Assembly: GCA_041640655.1 (NCBI GenBank)
Contig: JBEPZV010000036.1
Span: forward strand, 1-26,488
Direction of reading: 5' to 3'
Origin: a bacterium
GTDB taxonomy: Bacteria; Acidobacteriota; Blastocatellia; HR10
DNA: 26,488 nt
Shown here piece after piece: positions 7,799 through 17,900 of this stretch; position 1 is the stretch's first letter; every line of letters begins with the position of its first letter. Position numbers and translations under genes: made by a program. A model generated the notes under the pieces. The model was given only the letters and a program-made list of their open reading frames with translations. It did not search any database and was not told the DNA's origin.

Positions 7799-9000
7799 AT
7801 CGGCATCTGTGGCCCTTGACCCTGTTCGCCTTCCTGCTCTCGGTCATCGCCTGTCGAGATCGGGGCGATCGCGCGCAGCCGCGCTCGACGCCCGCAGATC
7901 AAGCCGTCGAGGTGGAAGTCGTCCCGGTCGCCGAGCGCACGTTCGATCGCCAGATCGAGATCGTCGGGACGCTCGCGGCGGATGAGGAAGTCGTCGTCTC
8001 CACGGAGGTGGAGGGTCGGGTCGTCGAACTGCGCGTGGATATGGGGAGCGTCGTCCGGCGCGGAGAGGTCCTGGCCCGATTGGAGAGCCGCGATTTCGAG
8101 CTGCGGCTGGCCGAGGCCGAAGCCACCGTGCGACAAGTGCGCGCCCGCCTGGGGATGCCTCCGGATCGCGATCGGATTGATCCGGAGGAGACGGCGATCG
8201 TGCGCCAGGCGCGAGCCGCCTACGATGATGCCCGTTTGCGGTTCCAGCGAATTCGGCAGTTGCGGGATCGGGGTGTCGTCTCGCAGCAAGAGTTCGATCA
8301 AGCGGAGGCCGCCTTGCGCATCGCCGAAGCGCGCTACGAATCGGCGCTGGAGGAGGTGCGCGGCCTGCTCGCCCAATTAGAACAACTGCACGCGCGCGTG
8401 GCCCTGGCGCGACGCGAACTGGAGAAGACGGTGATCCGCGCGCCCATCTCCGGGGCCGTCGTCGCCCGCCATACAGCGCTCGGCGAACTGCTCCGCCGCA
8501 ACGATCGCGTGGTGACGCTGGTGAAGATTGATCCCTTGCGCTTGCGCGCCGACGTCCCGGAACGGTATGCCGGAAGCGTCGGCCTCGGCCGTCGCCTCAC
8601 GTTTAGGGTGGACGCCGTCCCCGGCGAGACGTTCCAGGGGACGATCGTGCGCGTGAGCCCCTCGGCGCGCAGCGAGACGCGCTCGATCACGCTCGAGGCC
8701 GAGGTGAGAAATCCAGGTGGCCGACTGCGACCCGGATACTTCGCGCGCGCTCAGGTCGTGGTCGAACCCGGAGTGAAAGCCATTCTGATCCCCGCTCGCG
8801 CCATCATCACCTCGATGGGATTGGCGAAGGTCTTCGTGCTGGAGGGGGATCGCGCCCGCGAACGGCTGATCAAAACGGGCGCCCGCGTGAACACCGATGT
8901 CGAAGTCCTCGAAGGCCTGCGCCCGGGCGAGCGCCTGATCCTCTCGAACCTGGACCGGCTCGGCGAGGGCACGCGCGTGCGCGTCGCGCGCTCCGGATGA
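7795..9000 (+). CDS. RND efflux periplasmic adaptor (membrane fusion protein), likely a lipoprotein
   Basis: Lipoyl half-motifs GRVVELRVDMGSVVRRGEVLARL and TVIRAPISGAV, coiled-coil hairpin, LRPG motif, lipobox-like VIAC at Cys20. Confidence 0.93.
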   Translation: MNRHLWPLTLFAFLLSVIACRDRGDRAQPRSTPADQAVEVEVVPVAERTFDRQIEIVGTLAADEEVVVSTEVEGRVVELRVDMGSVVRRGEVLARLESRDFELRLAEAEATVRQVRARLGMPPDRDRIDPEETAIVRQARAAYDDARLRFQRIRQLRDRGVVSQQEFDQAEAALRIAEARYESALEEVRGLLAQLEQLHARVALARRELEKTVIRAPISGAVVARHTALGELLRRNDRVVTLVKIDPLRLRADVPERYAGSVGLGRRLTFRVDAVPGETFQGTIVRVSPSARSETRSITLEAEVRNPGGRLRPGYFARAQVVVEPGVKAILIPARAIITSMGLAKVFVLEGDRARERLIKTGARVNTDVEVLEGLRPGERLILSNLDRLGEGTRVRVARSG

Positions 9001-9013
9001 AGGAGGAGTTGTC

Positions 9014-12000
9014 ATGAAGCTCTCGGACACAGCCATCCAACGCCCCGTCCTCACCACGATGTTCATCGCCGCGTTCCTCATCTTCGGCATCGTGGGGTAT
9101 CAGCGGATCGGCGTGGATCTCTATCCGGAGGTCGAGTTCCCCGTCGTCACGGTCACCACGATCCTGCGCGGCGCGAGTCCCGAAGTCATCGAGAGCGAAG
9201 TCACCGACGTCATCGAGGAGGAGATCAGCACGATCGAGGGCGTGGACGAGATTCGCTCGCAGAGCTTCGAGGGTCTGTCGCAGGTCATCGTGACCTTCGT
9301 CCTCGAAAAGGACATTGACGTCGCCGCTCAAGAGGTGCGGGAGAAGGTCGCCGTCGCCACCGCGCGCCTGCCGCGAGACATCGAGCCCCCTGTCGTGCAA
9401 AAGCTCGACATCACGGCCAACCCCATCATGTGGATCGCCGTCACCGGCGATCGGTCGTATCGCGAGCTCTCCTACTACGCGGATAAGGTGATCAAAGAGC
9501 GCCTGCAGATGGTGCGCGGCGTGGGTTCGATCCTGTTGGGCGGATTCCGGGATCGAGAGATCCACGTGTGGCTGGATCAGGATCGGCTGGAGGCCTACGG
9601 GCTCTCGCCTCTGGACGTCGTGCGCGCCATTCAGACCAAACACGTGGAATTGCCCGCCGGACGCATCGAGAATCGCGAGCAGGAACTCACCATCAAGGTC
9701 ATGGGCGAATACACCTCGGTCGAGGAGCTGAGCGGTCTGGTCGTCACCTATCGGCAGGGCGTTCCCGTGCGCTTGCGCGATCTCGGGCGTGTGGAGGATG
9801 GGGAGGAAGACACCCGCACCATCGGCCGATTCAATCGGAAACCCGCCATCGGCCTGGGCGTGCGCAAACAATCGGGGACCAACACGGTCGAGGTCGCCGA
9901 TCGCGTGAAAGCGGCCCTGGCTGAGATCCAACGGGAGCTGCCGCCCGGACTGGACGTGAAGATCGCCTTCGATGCCTCGGAGTTCATCAAGAAGTCCATG
10001 GGCGACGTGCAGTTCGACATCCTCTTCGGCGCCCTCTTGACCTCGCTCGTCATCCTGCTCTTTCTGCGTAACACGCGCACGACCCTGATCAGCGTCGTCG
10101 CCATCCCGACGTCGCTCATCGGGACGTTCGCCTTCATGAATGCCCTCGGCTTCACGATCAACAACATGACGATGCTGGCGCTCTCGCTGGCCGTGGGCAT
10201 CGTCATTGATGACGCCATCGTGGTTTTGGAGAACATCTTCCGCCATATGGAGCAATTGCGCCAGCCGCGCCTGGTGGCCGCGCGCGAGGGGACGCGGGAG
10301 ATCGCCTTCGCCGTGATCGCCGCCACTTTCAGCATCGCCGCCGTCTTCCTGCCGGTCGCCTTCATGAAGGGGATCATCGGACGCTTCTTCATCCAGATGG
10401 GGCTGACAGTGGTGATCGCCATCCTTATCTCGCTCGTGGTCTCGCTGACGCTCACGCCGATGCTCTGCTCGCGCTTCATGCGCCTGGAGGAGCGTCACGG
10501 TCCGATCTACATGGCCCTGGAACAGGGCTTCCGCGCCGTGGAGCGCGCGTACCGATCGGCCCTGGCTTTCGCGCTCCGTCGGCGCGCCCTTGTCGTCCTG
10601 AGCGCGCTGCTGCTGTTCGTTCTCTCGCTCGGCCTCTCTCGCTTCATCGGGCGGGAGTTCTTCACGCAAGCGGATGAGAGCCGCTTCATCGTGCGCTTCG
10701 AGACGCCGCTCGGATGGTCCATCGAGCGGATAGACGCCGTCACCCGCCAGGCGGAGCGAATCCTCTTCTCCCATCCCGAGGTGCGCGGCGCCTTCGTGGG
10801 GACGGGCTTCTTCGGCAGCACGAATCAAGGCATCATGTTCGTGAGTCTCGTCCCGAAGAGCGAACGCCGGGTCTCCCAGCAGCAGCTCATGAATACTCTC
10901 CGACAGGAACTCAGTGCGATTCCCGATCTCACCGTGTCTGTCGAGCCCGTCACGCCGATCGGAGGCGGCCAGCGCAGCACCGATGTGCAATACATTGTGG
11001 AGGGCCCTTCTCTGGAGGACCTCGCGACCCGGGTGAACCATATCGTGCAGCGGCTCAAGCAAAGCCCGGGCTTTGTGGACATTGATACGGATCTCGAGCT
11101 GACGAAGCCGGAGGCGAAGGTCTACATCAATCGGGAGAAGGCCGAGGATCTCGGCCTGGATGTCGTCACGATCACGCAAGCGATCAACGTCATCATGGGC
11201 GGGGTGGACATCGCCAAGTTCAAGGAGGGGGGCGAACGATACGACATTCACGTTCGCGCGCTCCCCGGCGACCGCGACCTGCCGAGTGACCTGGACCGCA
11301 TCTTCGTTCTCTCTCGTGATGGGCGCCGGGTGAAACTCTCCAACATCGTCGAGGTCGTCGAGGGCGCCGGCCCCAATGTGATCAACCGTTATAATCGGCA
11401 ACGCGCCGCTACGCTCTATGCGAACGTGCAAGGGAAGGCGCAAGGGGAGGCGCTCGCTGAAGTCGGACAGCTCATTGCCGAGACGCTGCCGAATGCGCCC
11501 GGATATCGGGCGGAATTGGCCGGTCGGAGCCGCGAGTTCCAACGCTCGTTTCAATACCTCGGCACGGCGCTCGCGCTCTCGATCCTCATCATCTACATGG
11601 TCCTGGCCGCGCAATTTGAGAGCTTCATTCACCCGTTCACGATCATGCTCTCGCTGCCGCTGGCCACGGTGGGCGTCTTCGGTCTGCTGTTGCTGACGGG
11701 GAAGACGCTCAACATCTTCAGTTACCTGGGGATCATCATGCTCGTGGGCATTGTGACGAAGAACGCCATTCTGCTTGTGGACTTCACGAATCAATTGCGC
11801 GCGCGCGGCCTGGAGCGTACGGCGGCGTTGCTGCAGGCGGGGCCGATTCGCCTGCGCCCCATCCTGATGACGGCCATCACGACGATCGCCGGCATGGTGC
11901 CCGTCTCGTTAGCCTTCAGCGAAGGCGGGGAGACGCGAGCCCCACTGGCTGTGGCCGTCATCGGCGGCATGCTGACCTCGACGGCCTTGACGCTGTTGGT

Positions 12001-12145
12001 CATCCCCGTCGTCTACAGCCTCTTCGATGACCTCGGCCAGTGGCTGGGCCGCGTGCTGCTCCGACGACCCGCGCGCGTCCCCGAGGCCGTGATGGAACCG
12101 GCTCCGCTGTTGCATCAACAGACGGCGAGCGAGAGTGCCGACTGA
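9014..12145 (+). CDS. RND efflux permease, AcrB/AcrD/AcrF family
   Basis: 1043 aa. Proton-relay motifs VIDDAIVVLEN, KNAILLVDF and RLRPILMT are intact. RBS AAGGAGG. Confidence 0.97.
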   Translation: MKLSDTAIQRPVLTTMFIAAFLIFGIVGYQRIGVDLYPEVEFPVVTVTTILRGASPEVIESEVTDVIEEEISTIEGVDEIRSQSFEGLSQVIVTFVLEKDIDVAAQEVREKVAVATARLPRDIEPPVVQKLDITANPIMWIAVTGDRSYRELSYYADKVIKERLQMVRGVGSILLGGFRDREIHVWLDQDRLEAYGLSPLDVVRAIQTKHVELPAGRIENREQELTIKVMGEYTSVEELSGLVVTYRQGVPVRLRDLGRVEDGEEDTRTIGRFNRKPAIGLGVRKQSGTNTVEVADRVKAALAEIQRELPPGLDVKIAFDASEFIKKSMGDVQFDILFGALLTSLVILLFLRNTRTTLISVVAIPTSLIGTFAFMNALGFTINNMTMLALSLAVGIVIDDAIVVLENIFRHMEQLRQPRLVAAREGTREIAFAVIAATFSIAAVFLPVAFMKGIIGRFFIQMGLTVVIAILISLVVSLTLTPMLCSRFMRLEERHGPIYMALEQGFRAVERAYRSALAFALRRRALVVLSALLLFVLSLGLSRFIGREFFTQADESRFIVRFETPLGWSIERIDAVTRQAERILFSHPEVRGAFVGTGFFGSTNQGIMFVSLVPKSERRVSQQQLMNTLRQELSAIPDLTVSVEPVTPIGGGQRSTDVQYIVEGPSLEDLATRVNHIVQRLKQSPGFVDIDTDLELTKPEAKVYINREKAEDLGLDVVTITQAINVIMGGVDIAKFKEGGERYDIHVRALPGDRDLPSDLDRIFVLSRDGRRVKLSNIVEVVEGAGPNVINRYNRQRAATLYANVQGKAQGEALAEVGQLIAETLPNAPGYRAELAGRSREFQRSFQYLGTALALSILIIYMVLAAQFESFIHPFTIMLSLPLATVGVFGLLLLTGKTLNIFSYLGIIMLVGIVTKNAILLVDFTNQLRARGLERTAALLQAGPIRLRPILMTAITTIAGMVPVSLAFSEGGETRAPLAVAVIGGMLTSTALTLLVIPVVYSLFDDLGQWLGRVLLRRPARVPEAVMEPAPLLHQQTASESAD

Positions 12146-12191
12146 GCCCCGCCGTCATGGTCTCCTGCTTCTGTCCGGCCCATCCGGGGGA

Positions 12192-12228
12192 TGGGCGATT
12201 TCTCCCCCGGGATGGGAATTTCCTCGCA
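12192..12228. promoter_or_regulatory. Tandem putative enhancer (bEBP) sites
   Basis: TGGG-CGATTTCT-CCCC (12192-12207) and TGGG-AATTTCCT-CGCA (12213-12228), starts 21 bp apart, both preceded by GGGA. Confidence 0.45.
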
Positions 12229-12320
12229 GTTCCCAGAGGCGCCTCCATCACCCGGAGAGGCGCGAGGGCGTCAAGCCTCTACTCCTCAACAGATTGAGAG
12301 CACCCCGCGATCTCCATCCT

Positions 12321-12335
12321 CGGCATAGCGCTTGC
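12321..12335 (+). promoter_or_regulatory. Sigma54 (-24/-12) promoter
   Basis: CGGCATAGCGCTTGC matches TGGCAC-N5-TTGC with exact GG-N10-GC spacing, 31 nt upstream of the ATG at 12367. Confidence 0.65.
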
Positions 12336-12366
12336 CTCGTCCTTACGGTGAACGGGGAGAGGAGTC

Positions 12367-13212
12367 ATGGAGCGGGCTCTGTGGGGGAGCAGAGAGCGCT
12401 CATCTGTCCTCACGCGCTGTCCGCGCGCGCTGCGCTCGTCGGGATTCCGGTATCTGCTCGGCGGGGGATGCGCGCTCGCGCTGCTTCTGATGCCCGCGCG
12501 CGGAGCTGTCTCGGCTCCCGCCGAGAGCGGAGTTTTCGTCCGAACGGGCATCTTCAATAGCTCGGACGGCGCCCGCCGCCTCAGCCGGGAGAAGCTCGAT
12601 CTGATCAGCGCCAGCCTCGAACGCGTGACCGGATGGCGGGGCATTCACTTCGAAGAGGACACCGTGCTCTGCCTGCGAGAAATACGCGAGAGCGGCACAG
12701 GCTCAGCAACGGCGCGCACCCTCGTGCTCAAGGCCGTGCGCACGACGGCGATCGTGCTCGAAGATCACAGCCGTTCATTCAGCGTCGCGTTCGCCGCGAT
12801 TCGACGCGACGCTCTGTATCACCTGACCTCGGGCGAGGTCATCCCCAGGTTCACTCTCCTGCTGGACTTCGACGACTTTCAATACCTGGCCGGGCATCCC
12901 GAAGCCCTGGCGGCCTTCGATCTCGGCTTCGTCCTCCTGCACGAGCTGGTGCACGCTGTCGAAGACCGGCGCGATCCGATCGGCCAGCAGGGGGCCTCCG
13001 AACCGGGCGACTGCGAGACCATCGTGAATGAGGTGAGGCGCGAGCTGGGTCTTCCCGTTCGAGCGCATTATCACTCGGAGCAGGTGATCCCTTCGCTCTT
13101 GTCCGACTTCTCGCTCGGGCGCCTGCGCTTCGAGCGCGTCGTCGAGCGCGCGGGAAAGCCCCGAATTGAGGTCTACTTCGTACAGTGGCCGAAGAACTTC
13201 GTCGTCCGATGA
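12367..13212 (+). CDS. Hypothetical exported HExxH zincin-like protein (C-terminal motifs resemble M91/NleD)
   Basis: RBS GGAGAGGAG, hydrophobic segment LLGGGCALALLLMPARG, LLHELVH motif followed by E..VNEVRRELGLPVRAHY. Confidence 0.75.
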   Translation: MERALWGSRERSSVLTRCPRALRSSGFRYLLGGGCALALLLMPARGAVSAPAESGVFVRTGIFNSSDGARRLSREKLDLISASLERVTGWRGIHFEEDTVLCLREIRESGTGSATARTLVLKAVRTTAIVLEDHSRSFSVAFAAIRRDALYHLTSGEVIPRFTLLLDFDDFQYLAGHPEALAAFDLGFVLLHELVHAVEDRRDPIGQQGASEPGDCETIVNEVRRELGLPVRAHYHSEQVIPSLLSDFSLGRLRFERVVERAGKPRIEVYFVQWPKNFVVR

Positions 13213-13215
13213 CGG

Positions 13216-14214
13216 TCATCCCGCCCCAGGTGCCGGCCCCTCCACCGACGGGCGATGCCGGACGAGGACGTACAGGACGGCGCCGGGCAAGCTCGCCAAC
13301 AGCGTCACGACGAACCACAGCAGCGCCAGCAGCAGGCTCGCCTCGCGCGCGAGTCCGAGCGTGGAGAAGAGCGCGACGAAGGCGTACTCGCGCACCCCCA
13401 GACCATACATCGTGATCGGGAACATGCTGAACAGCGAGATGATCGGAATGAAGACGCAGAAGGGGAGCAGATCGAGCCTCAGGCCGAGTGCCCGCGCATT
13501 CGCATAGTTGAGCCCGATCAGAAGCAGGTGAAAGGCGAGCGAGAGGGCGAGGGCCTTTCCGACCGATGCCGGAGACGAACGATAGGTGCGAAGCGCCGCA
13601 TGGGCTCGATCCGCCAGCGCGGCTCCCGACGGAAGCCGCAGCGCGGTGAAGCATCGCACGAGCGCGCGATACGGGGCTTCGATGAAGAGCAGAAGGTTGA
13701 CGCCGAGATAGAGAAGAAATGCGCCCGCCAGTGGGACGGCGAGCGCGCGATCGGAGAACGCGACGCGCCCGGCAATGGCGGCCACCAGAGCGATGAGCAG
13801 CAGGGCGCACAACCCCGTGTTGCGATCCATGAACACCGACGCGAGCGCACGCACGGAGTCACGCGTCTGGCGCGCCAGATAGTACGCCTTCACCGCGTCG
13901 CCGCCGATGACCGTCGGGAGGAAGAAGTTGAAGAACATGCCCAGGAAGTAGAGCGCCGCCAATCGCCCGTAGGGGATCGAAAGGCCCAAGGGCACAGTGA
14001 GGACCTTCCATCGAAGGGCGCTCAGCAACTGGCCGCCGATATAGAGCGCCAGCGCCAGAAGGAAGAATTCCAGGCGAATTCCGGCGAGGGTGCGGATCAT
14101 CTCTCCCAAATCCGCTCGCCGGAACAACACCCACAGCAAGAGGAGGCTGAGAGCTCCCTTCCCCACGATGAGGAGCCCTCGCTGCTCTCGACGGCGAGCC
14201 GCCTCTTGCGCCAT
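13216..14214 (-). CDS. Lysylphosphatidylglycerol synthase TM-domain / UPF0104 flippase-like membrane protein
   Basis: Multi-TM protein with ALRW..L, FFNFFLPTVIGGDAVKAY, SVFMDR and PIT..GLGVRE motifs. Start reassigned to the ATG at 14214 (RBS GGAG). Confidence 0.88.
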   Translation of the reverse strand: MAQEAARRREQRGLLIVGKGALSLLLLWVLFRRADLGEMIRTLAGIRLEFFLLALALYIGGQLLSALRWKVLTVPLGLSIPYGRLAALYFLGMFFNFFLPTVIGGDAVKAYYLARQTRDSVRALASVFMDRNTGLCALLLIALVAAIAGRVAFSDRALAVPLAGAFLLYLGVNLLLFIEAPYRALVRCFTALRLPSGAALADRAHAALRTYRSSPASVGKALALSLAFHLLLIGLNYANARALGLRLDLLPFCVFIPIISLFSMFPITMYGLGVREYAFVALFSTLGLAREASLLLALLWFVVTLLASLPGAVLYVLVRHRPSVEGPAPGAG

Positions 14215-14400
14215 ACCACTCCACACCTCGGCGAACCGATTATTGTGCCCGATGCCGCGTCGGCGGCAAAGCACCGAGCGCGATCTCCCACGTGGCGAAG
14301 GACCACGCCGCCGCTCGATGAGAGGGGACATCCTTCGTTACACTTCCCGCCTGGGGACTGACGCGCGCAGCCACCCGTGGTCCTGACGCGGGCCGCAGAT

Positions 14401-14973
14401 ATGAGTTCGGTATTTCACGCGCTCTTTTGGATCAGCCTCGGAGCGTGCGGGGTGGCGGAGATCGTCCTGGGACGCCTGCCCCTGGGGCCGAAGGATCGGC
14501 GGGACCGCCACTCCCTGCTGGAGCTGGGGATCGTGCAGGCCATCGGGATACTGTCCGTAGCGCTCACGACGGCGAGCGCGCCGGAGACCTTCTGCCACCT
14601 GCTGTGGAATGGGATAGGGAATGTCCTCGGCGGTCTCCTGGCGGCCATCGGAATCTTCATCCGCTGGCAGGCGAAGCGCACCCTCGGTCGCTTCTTCACG
14701 GCGCGCGTGACGATCCTCCCCGATCACCAACTCATTCAACGCGGCCTCTATCGCTACATCCGGCATCCGGGGTATTTGGGCATTCTGCTCTTCTTCCTCG
14801 GATGGCCGCTTCTGGTCGGACATCGGGTGGGGATACTCATGCTCTGGGTCCCCGCACTCATCGCTTACCTCTACCGGATCAGGATCGAAGAGGCGGCGCT
14901 CAGCGAAGCGTTCGGCGCGCACTATCAGGAGTATCAACGGCGGACGGCCCGACTCCTCCCCTTCCTCTGGTGA
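14401..14973 (+). CDS. Isoprenylcysteine carboxyl methyltransferase (ICMT/Ste14) family membrane protein
   Basis: LGRFFT, HQLIQRGLYRYIRHPGYLG and RIRIEEAAL..FG..Y.EY..RT..LLP motifs. Start is either 14401 (ATG) or 14377 (GTG). Confidence 0.88.
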   Translation: MSSVFHALFWISLGACGVAEIVLGRLPLGPKDRRDRHSLLELGIVQAIGILSVALTTASAPETFCHLLWNGIGNVLGGLLAAIGIFIRWQAKRTLGRFFTARVTILPDHQLIQRGLYRYIRHPGYLGILLFFLGWPLLVGHRVGILMLWVPALIAYLYRIRIEEAALSEAFGAHYQEYQRRTARLLPFLW

Positions 14974-14974
14974 T

Positions 14975-17900
14975 TCAGAACGTGCGCCCGATGCTGAAGC
15001 GAAAGACGGATTTCTCCTCGAAGAAGATTTGGTTCGGCCCAGGCGTCGTCTTCGCGTTCGGGTTATAGGCCCAGATGAAGCGGAAGGGGATGTTGATCAC
15101 CGGCATCTGGAATCGGAATTCGATGCCGAGTGAGGCGCGATAATCGCGCAATCCGCGCAATCCGCGGACACCCTCCGAGAGCAGGATCTCGCTCCGGGTG
15201 TGCCCGAGCGCGCGGATCTTCACCTGCGTGAACCCATCGGGCACTTCGCTCGGCAGCTTCCCCTGGGCGCGTTGAGCGATCCGCACCTCCTCGGGCGTCG
15301 CCAAGAATCCATTCGGATTGAGGAGGATCTGCTCGAAAGACGCCAACTCCGTGAGCAACTGATGACCCAAGGGGATCACCCGACGGCTCGCGACAAACAG
15401 CGGGCTGATGAACTGCGGCAGTGGCGTGCTGACGATCTGCTGATCGCGATAGCCCTTCAGATTGAAGGCCGAGCCGATGTCGAAGAACGCGGCGACCGAG
15501 AGCGGCCCGGCCAACGGAATGCGATACTCGAAGTTATAGAGGAGCTGCGTATCCCCCCCCACGGGGACGAGCGTGCGCGTCAGCAGTTCGTCGGTGAAGA
15601 CGAACTTCTCCAGGACGCTCTGCCGAATGAAGGGGCGCTGCGACGGCGCCGGAGCCGTGTCCGGCACAACGGGCAGCGTCCGCGTCGTCTTGAAGGGATC
15701 AGGATCATCGGCGAAGATCGCCTCCACATTCTGCGACGTGAAGCGCTGCAGGACCGGGACGACGGGCGAGACCGAGCGAATGCCGAAGCCGCGAATGGAA
15801 TCTTCGCCGCCGAGGAAGAAGCGACTGAAGATGGGGACTCCGCCGACGAAGGCGAGCGAATTGGAATCGAAGGGCCGACCATAGTTGGTGATGTGCGAGG
15901 CCAGGACGCGCATGCCGATGACCGTGTCTTTGCCGAGGAACTTGATCCCCGCCGGACGGAAGTATTTGAACTCGACCGTCGGCTGAATGAGGCGCACGTT
16001 CCCACCCAGCAAGCCTCCGCTCACGCCGACCGAGATGAGGAGGCTCTTGCCCGAGGTCGGATCCAGGAAGCTGTTGAGCGTGTTGTAGGTGAAGGAGGGG
16101 ACGAGCATGCTCGTGCGGATATTCGGCTGACGGAACGTGACCGGGATGTCGTTGTTCGGATCGGCATCGCGGTTGACCGGCGGATCCTCGATCGAATTGG
16201 CGCTGTAGGAGTAGGAGAGCCCGACGCGGGAGAACTGCCCCAGCCGCCACCACCGCTTGGTGAGCGTCGCCAAGGGAGTGCTCATGAAGATGCTGAAGCC
16301 AGCCGTCTTGTCCTTGAAGAGCGACTCCCCCCGTAAGCCGAAGAGGCCAGGGCTCAAGAATCCCCCGCTCAAGATGCCGAGACCGCCGCCGAAGAAATCG
16401 TAGCTGCGGGCGAAGACGCTGAATCCGAGCGAAACGTTCCGATCCAGGACATACGGTTCGGTGAAGGAGAAGAGGAAGTAGCGCTGCAGATTCCCCTGCG
16501 CGAAGCTGAAGGTGAGCGATTCGCCATAGCCGAAGAGGTTATTCGTCGAATAATCAATGCCCACGTAGCTGCCGCCGATGCCGCTCGCTCCGCCGGTGAA
16601 CTGAATCTGATTCCGCCCTTTCTCCTTCACGTTCAGCTCGATGTCGAGCAAGCCCTCGCGATCGTTGGTGCGGAAGGTGGCGTGCTCCTCCTTGATCTCC
16701 TCGAAATAGCCGAGTTGGTTGAGCCGCAGCAGGCTCTGTTTCCAGAGATACTGATTGAAGACCTCCCCCTCGGCGACGAGCATCTCGCGGCGCAGGACCT
16801 TATCGCGCGTATTCGTATTGCCGGTGAACTCCAGCCGATTGAGGACGAATTGTCGCCCCTCTTCGATCTCGATGGTGAAATCGGCGATCCCCCGTTTGGG
16901 ATCATCCGGGTCATCGCGCAGCTCATGCCGGGGACTGGCCGTCATCTGGATGTACCCGTTGGCCCCATAGAGGTCTTTGAGCGTCTCGAAGACGCCCTTT
17001 TGAATCACCGTCGAACGCACGACGTCCCCGGTCTTCAAGCCGATGAGGCGCAGGATCTGCTCATCCGTGTAGAGCGTGTTCCCCTCGACCTCGATTTTGC
17101 CGAAGCGATACTGTTTGCCCTCGTGGATGGGGATGGTGATCTTCAGCCCCCGTTTGGGCTTGCGGAAGAGGGGCAAGGGGATCCCCCCACCCTGCTGAAT
17201 CATCTCGACCTTCGGCTCGCCGATCTGCGCATCAATGTAGCCGTTGTCGGCGAGGACGAAGAAGCGGACGCGCTCGAGGCTCCGCTTGAGGGCTTCGGGA
17301 TGATAGATATCGCGCGAGGTGAAGCGGGTGAGGAAGCCCGCCTGCCGCACCTCTTTCATCGCCTTGCGCAGCTTCTTGTCGGAGAAGACCTGATTCCCCT
17401 CGAACTCGATCTTGACGACGCGCACGCGCGGTCCTTCATTGATCCGGAAGGTCACGGCCACGGCGGCCGTCGAGAGCTCCTCGACCTCGATGTCCACGGT
17501 GGCCTCGGGCTTCCCCTTCTCCGCGAGCAGATCCTTCAGGACGCGCTTGGCGACCTGCCCCTTGGCCGGATCCCACATCGCCTCCTTACTCACCCCCACG
17601 CGCCGCTCGCGGAAGCGCTGGAGCACGTCGCTCTCCTGCACGGACTTGAGGCCGACGAACTTCAGGTCGCGGATGATCGGATTCTCCTCGACCTCGAAGG
17701 TGACGATCTTCCCCCCCTCGGGCCCATCCTGCACGTAGACGCGAATATTGCGGAAGAGATTCTGCGCCCACAGGGCTTGAATGTCGCGCTCGATCTGCGC
17801 CGGATTATAGGGGTCGCCCCGACGGGTCTGAATGTAGTAGCGGATCGAATCGGCCGTCAGCCGGCGATTCCCTCGGATCAAGACGTCCTCGACCGTCACC

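Noticed and set aside
8870..11794. 974-aa minus-strand ORF
   Set aside because: Antisense shadow of the RND gene caused by GC-rich codon bias, with no recognisable motifs. The same applies to 2768-4036, 13255-14361, 16682-17920, 17961-19250, 22587-24248, 24361-26178 and the many short Arg/Pro/Ser-rich ORFs.
12178..12196. Hairpin GCCCATCC-GGG-GGATGGGC after the RND stop, as an intrinsic terminator
   Set aside because: No convincing U-tract follows it and it overlaps the first enhancer-like box, so it is not called as a terminator.
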